64,000 bases of DNA, taken from the human T2T-CHM13v2.0 reference genome, Homo sapiens. The stretch is from NCBI RefSeq assembly GCF_009914755.1, contig NC_060926.1; one strand, given 5' to 3'. The notes under the pieces are model-generated. The model ran no database searches and was not told the DNA's origin. It saw only the letters and a program-made list of their open reading frames with translations. Below, piece after piece: positions 1-13,008 of this stretch (positions are counted from its first letter, which is position 1; each line of letters opens with the position of its first letter). The translations under genes were made by a program, and so were the position numbers.

Positions 1-24
1 TCTCGTAGACAGTCCTCTTGCTTT

Positions 25-150
25 AGAGCAAAGTTTCTCAACTTTGAATGTGAATATAAATCACCTGAGCATTCTTTTAGCCCTCACCTGAGATTGCACA
101 TATTGACCTGGGGAAGCTGATGTGGCTACTCTGTGGAGAAGATTTTGAAC
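25..150. mobile_element. Degenerate MER5-like hAT MITE fragment
   Basis: aaagtttctcaacttt...aatcacctgagcattc resembles the MER5 terminus (recalled consensus); heavily diverged. Confidence 0.4.
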
Positions 151-749
151 ATAAAGGATTAAGAGTGCCCCACATATCACTAAATAATGAAACACAAAGC
201 ATGTTTCCCCCTTGAAAACCACAGTTGCTTTTGTTCCAAATCATGCATCCGAAATTACCCAAAGTGGAGGTCTAAACAGACCAACTTCCTCAGATGACAG
301 TGCCCTTTGAGTTGGATGATACATATTTAGGAAGTGCTTAAAACTGCCTAGAAATGCTTAGTCATTAAAGAAAAAACTAGGGAGGGAGCATACTTGTTGT
401 TTGTCCCTGGGTAGTTTGACAGGTTAATCCCCATCTTGGGTTCAGAAATATCCATTCACCATCCATGAGTCCTGAGATTAAGTCCAGTTTCTGCTTTTAC
501 TTAGTCTCTGCCACCACTCAGGTATGTTGGCTGCAAGACATCCCACAGAAGAGCCAGTAGGCTTAAGCCCCTGGGTCCGGACAGCAATCCTGGGAAAGAT
601 CCTGGGGGATTCTCCATGAGAAAATGGGTGGGTAGTGGACGCGGCTTGATTTACAACATTTAACTTTTGAGAAAAAAATATATGAGTCTCCATTTGAATC
701 CTTATTCTCATGCACACAGATTTTAAGACCAAGATTATTTGGAATTGTT

Positions 750-1010
750 TAGCTATACCTCTTTTAAAACACTACAAAATCAAATCTTATTTTAATTTGT
801 AGCAGTAAGGGAGAGCAAATTCAGGAGAAGATATTTATAGAATTTTAGGTCCTGGTTGCAGTGATTTTAAGAAAGATCATGATAGGCAGGAAATTGATTG
901 AAATTTGGGGGAGTTTTTGAAAATAGTAGCTAAGGAATGGTGGTTATAGCAGGGTGAGGGTCTTAAAGCAAGGATGGATATGAAAGCTGTTTGTTTTAAT
1001 AAGTAAAATA
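750..1010. mobile_element. Old interspersed repeat, probably an ERV LTR fragment (copy A; related to 7260-7500)
   Basis: Shares aaattcag.aga..atat.tatag.attttag...gtgattttaaga...taggcag and ggtctt.aagcaaggat with 7330-7493; family not securely recognised. Confidence 0.4.
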
Positions 1011-2179
1011 TTTAGTTGTTCTACAAGGATTTTTCTCAATCAGGGAGGATGTGGTCATTTGGACTTTTTCACTTTAGAAATCCCACTCATTCCTCTGGCT
1101 CTTGATGCCTCTGCTCAGAGGCTTCTTTGAGCTGTGTGCATAGCTGAAAATCCTGATAATTGGACTTGGCTCCAGAACACAAAATGGAGGGCATAGGCCA
1201 TGGCAGTGTCCAGCCATAGGTTGCAGAGTCACCAATGGATGTCAGGAATGAGGGTGCAGTTTGAGAAACCTTTCTGAGCCACCTATTTAAGTAGCTCTCT
1301 GCCTGGTGGCTACCCTGGACATCCAGCCAGATGTGGGTGTGGTGTCTAGACAGAGTTAGTGCAAGCAAAATCAGAATGCAGGTGCTTGGGAAGGTCAAAA
1401 CTCAAAAGGAGCCTACCTCCTCAGAATAGTGGCCACGTAAAGTGATTAACAAAATGTAGGGAGACATAGTTTTCTAAGCTCCTACATGTCCATTAACTAA
1501 CTTGATCTAATCAACTAACATGATCACATTCTGATTTTATATATAAGCAAACTGAAGCCTTGGAACATGGCTTAGCCACCTTAGGTTGCACAGACGAGCT
1601 AGCAGTCACTCAAAGACAGGCCTGTGCTACTTTACAGCCCAGGCTATTTCTGTTGTCCCACTGGCTTCCTGGCATGGAGCAAAGCTCATCTGCCTTGGTG
1701 TTCTCTGGCAAATAGGCAGCTCTCTATAAAGTGTTTGGAGTTCTGGTCCAAGAGTTTTGGCTTTTCAGGGCATCTTTCTAGCCCAGAGTCTGTGGCCTTT
1801 TCTTGTTGCCCTAGCTGAGAATGCTGCCAGAGATAATCCTGGGTAATGTGTGGAAGAGGATGAGTCAAAAGTGTGGAAACTCAGCACATAAATAAAGACA
1901 AAGCAACACAACCATCAAAATTAAATCAGGAAAAGCAAAATAACTACTCTTCTTGGCTGGTTAGTCATGTGGGGCCTGGGTCTGGGTCTGAGATGAACCA
2001 AACACATTTCTGTGTGGAAATTTCATATAAAGTCCAGGGCCTAGATGCCCTAAAGTTATGCTGAGCACAGAGTCTGACCAGTCTGCCAGTTGTCACAACT
2101 GAGAAAGGGAGCACTAATGATATCTAATTGGTAGAGGTTGTGGATGCTGCCACACATCCAATCAGGAATGGTCAGCCTC

Positions 2180-2616
2180 TGCGATGGTGAAGTTTTTGTG
2201 CCAACCTGAGTGGGCCTCAGGCACCCAGGTGTTTGGTTAAACATTATTCCTGGGAGTGTCTATGAGGATGTTCTGAGTGATAATAACATTTGAATTGGTA
2301 GACTGAATAAGCAGATTGCCTTCCATCATGTGAGGGTGCTTCAGCCAATTCCTTGAAGGTGTAAGTAAAATAAAAGAATGAGTAAGAAAGAATTCTTTTT
2401 CTCTGCCTATCTTTGAGATGGTACATTAGTTTTCTGCCTCAGACCTAGACTTGGACCTCTCAGCCTCCACAATTGCAAGAGCCAAATATTTGGTAAATCT
2501 CCTGCTCTGTTTCTCTCCCTTTCTCTTTCTCTCTCTTTATATATCTCTATGTATCTATGATCTATCTATCTCATCTCCTATTGGTTCTATTTTTCTGGAG
2601 AACTCAGACAAATATA
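2180..2616 (+). mobile_element. MLT2 (ERVL) solo LTR, MLT2B/C/D-like
   Basis: Starts tgcgatggtgaagtttttgtgccaacctgagtgggcc; contains tttggttaaacattatt and aacatttgaattggtagactgaataagcagattgcc; ends cctattggttctatttttctggagaactcagacaaatata. Confidence 0.85.
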
Positions 2617-2883
2617 GCCCTTTACAACAACAAAAAATCTGGTCCAAAGGTCAATAGTGCTAAAATTCAGAGGCCTGTTCTACCGTCTTTGTTCAATTAT
2701 CTGCTTATTTTTAGTATTGTTCACGATAGAGGAAATGTTTTAGAATATTTTTAGCCCAAGAACAGGAAAATATATTGGCTTCAGTTCTCAGATCCAGGCT
2801 AAGCTCAAGGAGCAGGCCATCATGTGTCAAAGTTTCTTGTTTCTCTGCTTAGAAGATCATTTTTAAATTGTATGACACAACAC

Positions 2884-3170
2884 AGCTGGGTGTGGTGGCT
2901 TACACCTGTAATCCCATCACTTTGGGAGGCCAAAGCAGATGGATCGCTTGAAGTCAGGAGTTCAAGACCAGCCTGACCAACATGGCAAAACCCTGTCTCT
3001 ATTAAAAATACAAAAATTAGCTGGGCATGGTGGGGTGCATCTGTAATTCCAGCTACTCGGGTTGCTGAGGCATGGGAATCACTTGAACCCAGGAGGTGGA
3101 AGTTGCAGAGAGCAGAGATCGCACCACTCCAGCCTGGGTGATGGAATGACATTCTCCCAAAAGAAAAAAC
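2884..3170 (+). mobile_element. Alu (AluS-like), full length
   Basis: Dimeric Alu with central linker and A-rich tail; TSD aaattgtatgacacaaca (2865-2882) / aaaatgtatgacagaaca (3171-3188) at a TTTT/AA L1-endonuclease site. Confidence 0.97.
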
Positions 3171-3383
3171 AAAATGTATGACAGAACAGTGTCTGCACAG
3201 CAGCATTTAAAACGATGTCTATTACACATATGAGCACTGCACCGCACCCCAGGAAAATACTAAGAGAATAATTATGGTCAAAGCATGTAGTACAGACATA
3301 AGCCAAGATCCAAGAATTCCCAAATTGAACCAAAGGAACTGATTTCTTTGCCAATCTGAAGCATGTACAAAACGAGAAATAAA

Positions 3384-3760
<377 letters not shown>

Positions 3761-4098
3761 TTAAAAGTCCCAGAAAGTTTTGTGGCAACATTTTTCTCAT
3801 AGGCTAGCAAAAGTTTCTCCTTGAGGGTCCAACATTATATCCAAGCCAAGTCTTCTTTACTTTGAACTAACGACTGTCCAACATCATGGAAACTCTAGGG
3901 GTGGGAGTTATAAGACCTTAGTTACATGGCTTAGTGTTTCTGCTCATCTAGGAACTAGAGCAAGCAGGATTCTCCCAACTTTTGGGTACTCTTACAAAAT
4001 ATAATATGAAGTGGCTTTTTAGCAGAGGTAAGCTGTGAAAAATTCTACTTCATTTGTTAAAGGTTTTTTGAATAAAATCTGATAAACAGTTTTCTCCC

Positions 4099-4412
4099 TT
4101 TTTTGGAGGGGGGCGGGGGAGGGACCAAGTCTTGCTTTGTCGCCCAGGCTGGGGTGCAGTGGCGTGATCTTGTCTCTCTGGCTCACTGCCACGTCGGCCT
4201 CCTGGGTTCAAGTGATTCTCCTGCCTCAGCTTACCCAGTAGCTGGGACTACAGGCACACGCCAAAATGCTCAGCTAATTTTTTTGTATTTTTAGGAGAGA
4301 CAGGGTTTCGCCATGTTGGCCGGGCTGGTCTCGAGCTCCTGACCTCAGGTGACCCACCTGCCTCGGCCTCCCAAAGTGCTGGGATTACAGGGGTGAGCCA
4401 CCTCGCCCGGTC
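4099..4412 (-). mobile_element. Alu (AluS-like) with atypical tail
   Basis: Reverse Alu from agtcttgctttgtcgcccaggctgg to gtgagccacctcgcccggtc; tttctc(c/t)cttttt on both flanks is the likely TSD. Confidence 0.96.
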
Positions 4413-5119
4413 TTTCTCTCTTTTTGAATTAACTTTACAATTATCCCTTTTTTCCTGCAAAGAGATAGGCCAAAATTGACCTAAGCGCCTATTTTGAAGG
4501 CAGACATAAGTTTATTGAGATAAACGAATCCCCATGCAATTGCCTACAGTCAGGAATATAGAATTTTGTATCTCAACTCTAATACCAGATGTTATATATC
4601 ACTTAATAATCTCTCTTTATTCATAATGCCCAATGTGGTTGTTAAGTATCGTGGTAATGTTTTGGTCCCAATAAATAGAATGGGTATATGCCAGATGAGG
4701 AGATTTCTAGAATAGAGGTCTTCAGAAATACAAAACAAAATATTTGGGGGTTCAGCTTAAGTAGTTTCACTTCCCTGTGAGATCTGTAAAGTTGATGCAG
4801 CCCCCAAATACTCATCGTTTCTAAGCAAGGTCTATTCTAAATTCTTTTATATAAACATATAGTCTCTAAAGCTAGCAAGCCTCCCAAACAATATTTCCGT
4901 GCTAAAAGAAGGACTCAATATGTCCTTTTGTGATATGCCATAATAGCCTATTGTAGATTTCTGTCATCTACTTTGTTTTATTTACCTTTGTCATTTACCT
5001 TTTCTGAGAAGTGTGGGTGATATAAAGGTTGAAATGCCTGATTAAGCATCAAACCTTAGCACAATGTTTAATGACAGTTTCAGACAACTAAATAACCTTA
5101 CATGGGAGAGATTGGCTGG

Positions 5120-5560
5120 TCCTTTTTGTGTTTATATTACTTGGGTACCATTGAGTTTCTTGAAACTTTGGATTAATATTATTTTTATCAAATTCAGAAA
5201 ATTTTAGCCATTATATCTTTAGATATGTTTTTCTAGCCCATTTTCTATCCTGTCTCCTTCTGAAACATTTATTATACATTCATGAGTAATTTTGTAACAG
5301 CCATACAAGTCTCTGCTTATTTTTTGTCAATTTATTTCTCTCATAATTTTTTTTTTCTGATTGGTTAATTTCTATTGATCTCCCTTCAGATTTATTGATT
5401 CTTTCTTCCATCATCTAAAATATCCTATTGATCCCAATTAGTGAATAGTTGGTTCAGTTATTGCATCTTCTAATTCAAAATTTCCATTTTTATAGTTTCT
5501 ATCTATCTAATAAAATCCCAGTTTGTTGAGTCATTGTCATTACAGGTTTCACACACTATG
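5120..5560 (-). mobile_element. Old L1M fragment (ORF1 region)
   Basis: atcaaattcagaaaattttagccattatatctttagat and ttctattgatctcccttcagatttattgattctttctt are typical antisense L1M ORF1 motifs. Confidence 0.7.
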
Positions 5561-6087
5561 CCTTTTAAGTTTTTACCCTCTGTTAATAGATCTGTGTGTA
5601 GGTTTTGGGCTGACTTTCAAGTCTCAGTCAGCCCTCAATTCTTGTTTTGCTTTTGCTTTCCAAGGGGTTGTCTTGAGTTTCCCTATGTGGTCAGGGATGT
5701 GCAGAGAGTTTACTATCATTATCATAATTTCCCTGTAAAATACCTGATTCACCTGTCACTCCTCACATCCGGAATGATAGAGATATGGGTTCTCCCCCTT
5801 CATTTCTTATTGAATGTGTTACTTTTAGCTGATAGATCCACAGCTTGCCCCTGCCCCTGCCCCACGTCCATATCTTCTGACAACTCTGCCAATTTTCCAG
5901 GCAATGAGAAGTGCTGCGGCTGCCAACAAAACTGAAGGAAGGAGTAATCAAAACATCCCCAAGCATGAAAGCATTAGACTCCTGCTGTTCTTCCCACAGC
6001 TACAGCAATTTTTAAATAATACATTATTCTCATTTTTTCCTGACTTTGAAGTATTGAAATGATTGATTTTGAACATTGTGTCTAGTT

Positions 6088-6504
6088 TGAGAGGTTGAAC
6101 ATACAAAAGGGCAATGGCCAGACCATATAGGAAAACAGAACTCTGACCTACTACTCCTGCAAGAAGCAGTCCAGGAAACCACACTACAGCTGCTGCAGCA
6201 ATAGACCCAGAATGGTCAGGACTTTTGTATTTTTTTCTTTTTTCTATTTTCTCTTAAGATCAACTGTACAACACTGTCATATAAAAGTCCCTCTTCTAGT
6301 TAGCCCACCTTCCATGCCAAAAACCTCTAATTGGAGTATCACTGAAGCCTTTATTTCTTTTCATTATAAAGCTTTCCCATTTATCTGTCTGTCTCTGAGA
6401 TTTTGTCAAATGCAAAAAAAAGGATGCCTTGACTGTCTTGTTATAGCAAAGTCTGAATCATTGCTGATTCGTTCTCATTTGTGTGGTCTTGGTTTATTTC
6501 CACA
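6088..6504 (+). mobile_element. ERV1-class solo LTR (MER31/MER67/MER39-like; family uncertain)
   Basis: TG...CA termini, near-matching 4-bp flanks agtt/actt, motifs gcaatagacccagaatggtcaggactt and ttctcatttgtgtggtcttggtttatttccaca. Confidence 0.55.
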
Positions 6505-6894
6505 ACTTTTGTACTCATTTGCTGTGTAGTCATGCAGTTACACCTGGCATTTCTTTCTCTAAGATTGTCTTATAATAGAGAAATAGAAAATCCTTCTTGA
6601 AGGTTTAAATGTTAAATGGGCACTTTTTTCATCCTAAGAGAAGGTTCATTGTTCTTATTCTTATTTTTTTCTTTTTATTTTATTAGCTATTTCAGGACAA
6701 TCATGTTTTGTTTCTAAGTTCCTTCTGCTTAGAATATATGTGGGATCTTAAGAGGCTTATTTCCTGGTGTTTTAATGAATTGGGTAGAAGAATATAATTG
6801 TTTTATATCACTGTAAACTCATTACTTTGGAAGATCTATGTCTGATCTGTTCTACATCTCATTTAAAATGCTCCATGAGTAGTTAAATGTCCAT

Positions 6895-7042
6895 CGTAGT
6901 ATGTTGAATTGTGCTCCAATTCATTATCCCAAAAGATATGCTTAATTTCTAACCCCCAGTATCTGTGAACAGGAACATATATATGAATAAGGTATTTGCA
7001 GATATAGTCAAATTAAAATGTTATATTTGATTAGGATGGGCT
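6895..7042 (+). mobile_element. MLT1 (MaLR) LTR 5' fragment
   Basis: gttgaattgtg...cccaaaagatatg...ctaacccccagtatctgtgaa...aataaggtatttgcagatatagtcaaattaaaatg...gattaggatgggc. Confidence 0.8.
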
Positions 7043-7259
7043 CAATGAAAAGTAGTTGGCACTCAGATGCAATGTAAGTTGACTACACTGTGGTCAGACA
7101 GACTCACCAACAGGGAGCTCAGAGGTGCTCACAGAAGCATACTGTTGAAGTTTGGGAATCTCAAGCTACGGCAGAAAAAGAATTTTGACAGATTCTTGAG
7201 AATATTGTCATCAATCCGTTCTCAAAAAGACAACCAGATAAGCTGTTAATGAAGTTAAA

Positions 7260-7500
7260 TATGGCTACTAGTTTTATAGCAATACAACAGAATACCACTT
7301 TTACAGAGTATTAATAGTATGTTGAAAACGGAAAATCAGTAGAGAATATGTATAGGATTTTAGAACTTTTTCTGGGTGATTTTAAGACATTCTCATTTAG
7401 GCAGAGAAGTGACCAAGAATGGGCATAACTTATGCAATTACAGTTTTGGATGTGTGGCTAGATGAGGACAAGATGAAGGTCTTGAAGCAAGGATTTAAGA
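7260..7500. mobile_element. Old interspersed repeat, probably an ERV LTR fragment (copy B; related to 750-1010)
   Basis: Colinear similarity to 815-976 in the same orientation; may extend ~7050-7700. Confidence 0.4.
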
Positions 7501-8899
7501 CCAAACCCTCAACCTTGATGTGTAAGCCATTTTAGCTGGTTCAGAGTCTTACATTCTAGGAGTAAGTATTCTTGGAAAAAAAGCAGCTAATTCCTTTTTG
7601 CCTGCTTACCATACTGTTTAGTACAGAAATAGGAAATTATGTTTGGCTCAGAATGATTTAGTGAAGGATAAAAGAGGTGTGTCTGTTTAAATTCTCAAAA
7701 TAAAGGACATTTCTGTTTAATGACTTCTTATCTTGCCAGAAATGCATTGCTGTTGAAGGAGAATTTCATAAAAGAAGACTAGAGAAGTAAAAAATTATGA
7801 ATTCCGAAATTCAGCTCCTTTCCTCTTGTATTTAAAAGGAAGAATGTCTTTTTAGCTATTCTCAATAGGTTACGCCATTAGCAAGAAAGAAAAGGACTTT
7901 TAAAAATCCTTGCCTATAAATACAATATAATATTACGTAATAGTAATTATGAAGTGATGCTGCACTTTTTAAAACATCTAACAAATATATTCTGAGACTA
8001 CTATGCTCTTTTTCAAATACTTGGGATAAATTCCACAGACAAAGTTTGCAGTTGATGCTCTTATATTCAGTTTGTGTTATTCAAAAGAATATTCAATAAG
8101 CTACTTCAAATAATTACATTAGAAAATATTCAAGTGTCAGTAAATTCTAATCTTATTTTCCTATTAAACGCTGAGTAGTTTCTAGCTTATTTACATGTAA
8201 ACAAAGTTATACACTAACTCCAAGACCAATTATTTTATAACATTGTATAGCAAGATTTAATAATGACTTCTCTATGAAAATACATTTTAGAAATAGGTCA
8301 GTACGTAAATTTTGACAGGTGAATCAGAAGTATAAAAAGTTGAGTGATACTTCTATATTAAAACTCCCTTCATTTTAACTTATGAAAAGTTTTCTTAATA
8401 CTCAGCTCTATAAAAATAAAAAGCAGAGTAACATCCAAAAATGGATGGTAACCCTATATCATAAATACGTGTCCATGGATATGTAAATTAATTTTGAAAA
8501 ACATCTATTTCATTAAAAGATAAATGTCCAATAAAATTTTAATTTGTATTATCATTTATATTTAAACAGTTAAATATTTGCATTACTTTAGTCATTATTT
8601 ATTATATAATGTGCAATGATAGCATGCTAAGATGGTAAGTCTCAGACTAATTGTTTTTCATTGAAATCTTTTTATATGTACACACACACGAACACATATG
8701 CATGTACTGTTCTAAAGAAAAATAAAAACAAAAACAGAAAACCTAAATGGGCAATTTTTAAAAATAACACACATTTTAAGAACATTAGAGATGCAAATTT
8801 CTGGGAAAAATAGAGTGTGAATATGTGATTACAATTTTAAGATTAAAAATGTACATTGCTTAGTGTTAATAAAGATATTCAAAGCAGATGTTCAATAAA

Positions 8900-11680
8900 G
8901 ATGTTCAAAACAGAATGTGTACATTGATAAAACAAATTAAATTACCTGTTCAAATAAACTAATCAATATTCTTTAGGAGAATACAATAAAATCTGAATTT
9001 TTCACAAATAAAATTTACAATGTCAAGAATATAATATAATAATCTTCTTATAAGAAGAAATGGAAAAATGTGACCTAGCCATAAGATAATAATAGAGATT
9101 GACTCTGAGCTGACTCAGACATAGGTATCAGAAGATGAGGAATTTAAAAAGGCTCTTATAACCATACTCATAAAGTAGGGAAGAGTGGGTTCATAATAAA
9201 TAAAAAGACGGAAAAACACAGCAGGAAGATTAATAAGTTTAAAAACATTTTTGGAATTCACAAAATTAAAATCTTTAAAAATAACTGTTGTGTAGGCTTA
9301 ATTGAGAATGGATATGATATAGGAAAGCATGCATCTTTAAAGATGTGCAATAATAATTATCTGATGTGAAAAACAGATTTTAAAAATTAAAAAAAGACCC
9401 AAATCTCAGGGACATATGAGAAAATATGAAAAGATTTAACAAACATATAACTTTTAATCCAGAGAAATAAGAGAGAATGGGATAGAAAAGAAAATGTTTG
9501 AAAAAAGCTTTAACTATCTCCAAAATTCTCAGAGACATAAATATACAGGCTCAAGAAGCTCAGTAAACTTCATGAAGAATAATTTTGTAACTACTATCAG
9601 CATTATTGATAATGCTAACAATATATTTATTAACACTAAGAAAATAAAAACAAAAGCAATACAGAAAGATTTAGAGAAATATTAATCACCAACCAGAAAA
9701 AAAAAGGCATAAGATGTGAAGGCTGAATCCTCCATCCAGGAAATAAAATGTGTTTGAAAAATAAACACATTATTACATAATCTCAAAATGAAAGAAAACT
9801 AAGAGCATTTTCTGCAAGAACTATCCAACTAGAAATGTTAAAGGAATTCCTTCAAATTGAAATTAAAAGAATATATTTTGAAAGCATCAGTAATGATACA
9901 TATGAGGGTAAAATAAATGAATATTTTTTGTTACTTTATTTTAAATATATAACACTGTTTAAATAAAAAATGATAAGACCATGCTGTAAGTTTTTAATAC
10001 ATGAAGGCTTAATACATATGGCAATTATAACATAAATTATGTAAGTTAAAGGATCTATACTATTGCAAGACTTCTACATTTTAAGTGAATTTGTGCAATA
10101 TTAACTCTAAAAAACTGCAAAATTTAGAGATATATTTTAATCTCTAGAGAAAACACAAAATGGTATAGTTAAAAAGCCAATAAATAAATTAAGGTAGAAT
10201 TCTAAACATCTAAAACCGTAATGACCCAAAATCTAATAATCAAAACAAAATGAGGAAAAGAGAAAGAACTGAAAAATAGAGGAAATGAATAGTAATATGT
10301 GGTGAACTTAAATCCAAATATGTCAATAAATATATTTAATAATGTCTAGATATTACAATTAAAAATAGAATAGATGTTAATGGAAAATAAAGCAAGATTC
10401 ACTGAAATATAAATATATAGTTTTAATCTAAATGTATGGAAAAAGATATTTCGGGCAAATAGTAAGCATAAAAAGACTGAGTGGCAAAAGTAATATTATA
10501 TACCAACTATATTATACTAAATAGTTAAATAAATTAAATATATGAAATACTAACTTTAGGACAAGAGTACTACCAGAGGAAAAAAGGAACAATTCCTAAT
10601 AAGTTTAAATTTATTACAAATATATAACAATCATGTCTATATATGTTTTGAATAACAGAACTTCGAAATGCATAAGCAAAAATGGAAACCTTTAAAGGTA
10701 AAATAGATGGTTCTGCAGTTATAACAGGAATGTGATTGTCAGCACAGGTTGCCATAACAAAATACCATAGACCAGGTGTCCTAAAACAACTGAAGTTTTT
10801 ATTTTCTCATAGTTTTGGAGTCTGGAAGTCCACTATCAGAATGTCAGTATGGCCAAGTTCTAGTGAAGTCTCTCCTCCTCCTCGCAGATGTTGTCTTCTC
10901 TCTGTGTCCCTACATAGTAGAGTGTAATCTCTGTCTCTCTCTCTCTCTCTCTCTCGCTCTCTCTCTCTCTCTCCTTCTCTCCTCTGTGTGTGTGTGTGTG
11001 TATGTGTGTGCGTGCAACGCTTCTAATAAGACCAGAGTCCTATCAGATTAGGACCCAACCCTTATAACCTTGTCTAACCTAAATTACCTCCTAAATACCC
11101 TATCTCTAGATACAGTCACATTGTGAGTTAAGGCTTCAATATATGACTTTGGGGAGGGAAACAATTCAGTTGATAGCAAGGTGATTTTAATGGTCTTATA
11201 TCAACAATTTACATAATGATAAGACAAAAATTCATTAGAGGCATAGAAAGTCAGAAAATCTATTTTAATTGCCTTGAAATAATTGATGATCTAGAGGAGA
11301 ATACATCTAATACTTGGAACATAAACCTGCTCTACAAGTGTGTATTGTATGTTTACAAAATAGGGTATATACTAGATAAAACGAGTCATAAAAAATTTTT
11401 GAAAAATGGGATTATAGATTATTTGTACTATAGTAAAATTAATAATCAAATATTTTTGGAAAGCCTAGATGTTTTGAAATTAAACAAAACACTTTCAAGT
11501 AATCAACACATTAAATTAAAAAAGTATAAGAGAAATTAGAAAATACTTTGAACTGAATGATAATAGAAAATAATCTATAAAGTTTGCAGAATTCATAGCT
11601 TTATATATTTTAAAAAAGGAGAAAGACTTAAATTCAATTATTTAATATTCTACCTTAAGAAGGTAGAAAAACTGGAGCAT
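8900..11680 (+). mobile_element. Ancient L1M (ORF1 to ORF2 endonuclease region), interrupted by MLT1
   Basis: Very A-rich strand with L1M motifs (aaatctcagggacatatgagaaaatatgaaaagatttaac; gaacttaaatccaaatatgtcaataa; aaattaaacaaaacactttcaagtaatcaa; aaatactttgaactgaatg). No intact ORF. Confidence 0.75.
10731..11178 (-). mobile_element. MLT1A/B-like MaLR solo LTR with an internal (CT)n(GT)n microsatellite
   Basis: ggttgccataacaaaataccatagac...ctcatagttttggagtctggaagtcc...gttaaggcttcaatatatgactttgggg...caattcagttgatagca; microsatellite ~10930-11012. Confidence 0.9.
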
Positions 11681-11783
11681 TGTTGAAAATATGTCAGGGG
11701 TAGAGAGGAGCACAGCCTACCTGTTAACCTAAGGGGTTTAGATAAGCCTAATCATCATATACAAATGTAGCTTCTAAATGGGT

Positions 11784-12095
11784 AGATTTTACCTTCTTTT
11801 TGGTTGAATAATATTCCATTATGTATGTATATTACATTCTTTTCTGTCGTGTTCAGCAACATGGATGGAACTGGAGGCCATTATATTAAGTGAAATAAGC
11901 CAAGATACAAAAAAGTGGATCTCATGATGATACAGCATAGATTGGTGGTTAACAGAGGCTAAGAAGAGGATGAGGGAGTAGGGAAATAAAGGAGAAAAAA
12001 AGAATATAAGTGTACTTATTACCAGTGAACTGTACACTTGAAAATGATAAAGATGGCAAATTATATATGTATATTTACCTCAATAAAATATTAGA
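11784..12095 (+). mobile_element. Short L1MA/L1MB-like 3' end with 5' inversion
   Basis: gcaacatggatggaactggaggccattatattaagtgaaataagcc ... aactgtacacttgaaaatg...aataaaa; 11784-11844 is the adjacent upstream L1 segment in reverse orientation. Confidence 0.85.
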
Positions 12096-12437
12096 AAAAC
12101 AATTATGTTTTTCTAATGTTCAGTATACATTTCTCAGTAGTTCTATTCAAATATATTGGACAATAAGTATTGAAGGAATGAATATTGCCACAAGTAACAA
12201 GTATCAAAGCAAGCAATAAACCTGTCATTCATTCCCCTGACTTGTGTCTATACGTATTTTTGTAATTCCGTTTTAAAGGTGGTTAACATGAATTTTTGCA
12301 TACATGACTTTTGTCTTACATTGAATTACACTGATGTCTTTTACTCATAAACACTTTATGTCAAAATTAAATATAGTCATTATGTGTGACAATTAACAAT
12401 ATAATTTTATGAGATCTCTTGGGTAAAAATATGATCT

Positions 12438-12547
12438 TGATGAAAACAGACTGTTCATGCATTAAAATGAAAAGTGTACTTAAAAATATCCCTGATGAAA
12501 ACAGATTGTTCATGCATTAAAATGAAAAGTGTACTTAAAAATATCCC
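12438..12547. repeat. 55-bp tandem duplication (2 copies, 1 mismatch)
   Basis: tgatgaaaacaga(c/t)tgttcatgcattaaaatgaaaagtgtacttaaaaatatccc at 12438 and 12493. Confidence 0.97.
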
Positions 12548-13008
12548 AGGTGACAACTTTCTTTGATATTTCAAAATTTCACAGGCAATTAAAATTGACT
12601 TTCTCGCCTCTGGCTGCTTTCTTTTACTGGTGGGAATACAAGAAGGAAAAACAGTAAGATAAAAGGCATAAGGTTTATAGCCATGTGTCAGGAACAAATA
12701 AAATTGCAACTAATTATAAGAATTTGAAACCAACATATAGTTACTTTACAGGAATGTTTTGTGTTTTAATTTAAGGAAAGTTATTTAAATCAGTGATATA
12801 TAATCACAAAAAAGACAAATGCAATAAAAGGTGAATTCAAAAATTTAAATCACCCAAAATTACCCACTTGTCAATTCATCGAAGATCAATATTATTTTAA
12901 CTCTAAAATATTTAGTTGTTCCTTAGCTTAAACTATGTGAACACATCATAATTTATTAAAATAAATTTCTAGTCTTGGCTATTTAAATAATTTCAAAACT
13001 GTTAGTAT

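Noticed and set aside
4450-5095. Possible additional old LTR
   Set aside because: LTR-like composition and a terminal CA, but I cannot recognise the family or boundaries.
11216-11539. 107-aa ORF as a novel protein
   Set aside because: Lies in decayed L1M ORF2 sequence (LKLNKTLSSNQHIK echoes the L1 WKLNN.LLN..W.K motif).
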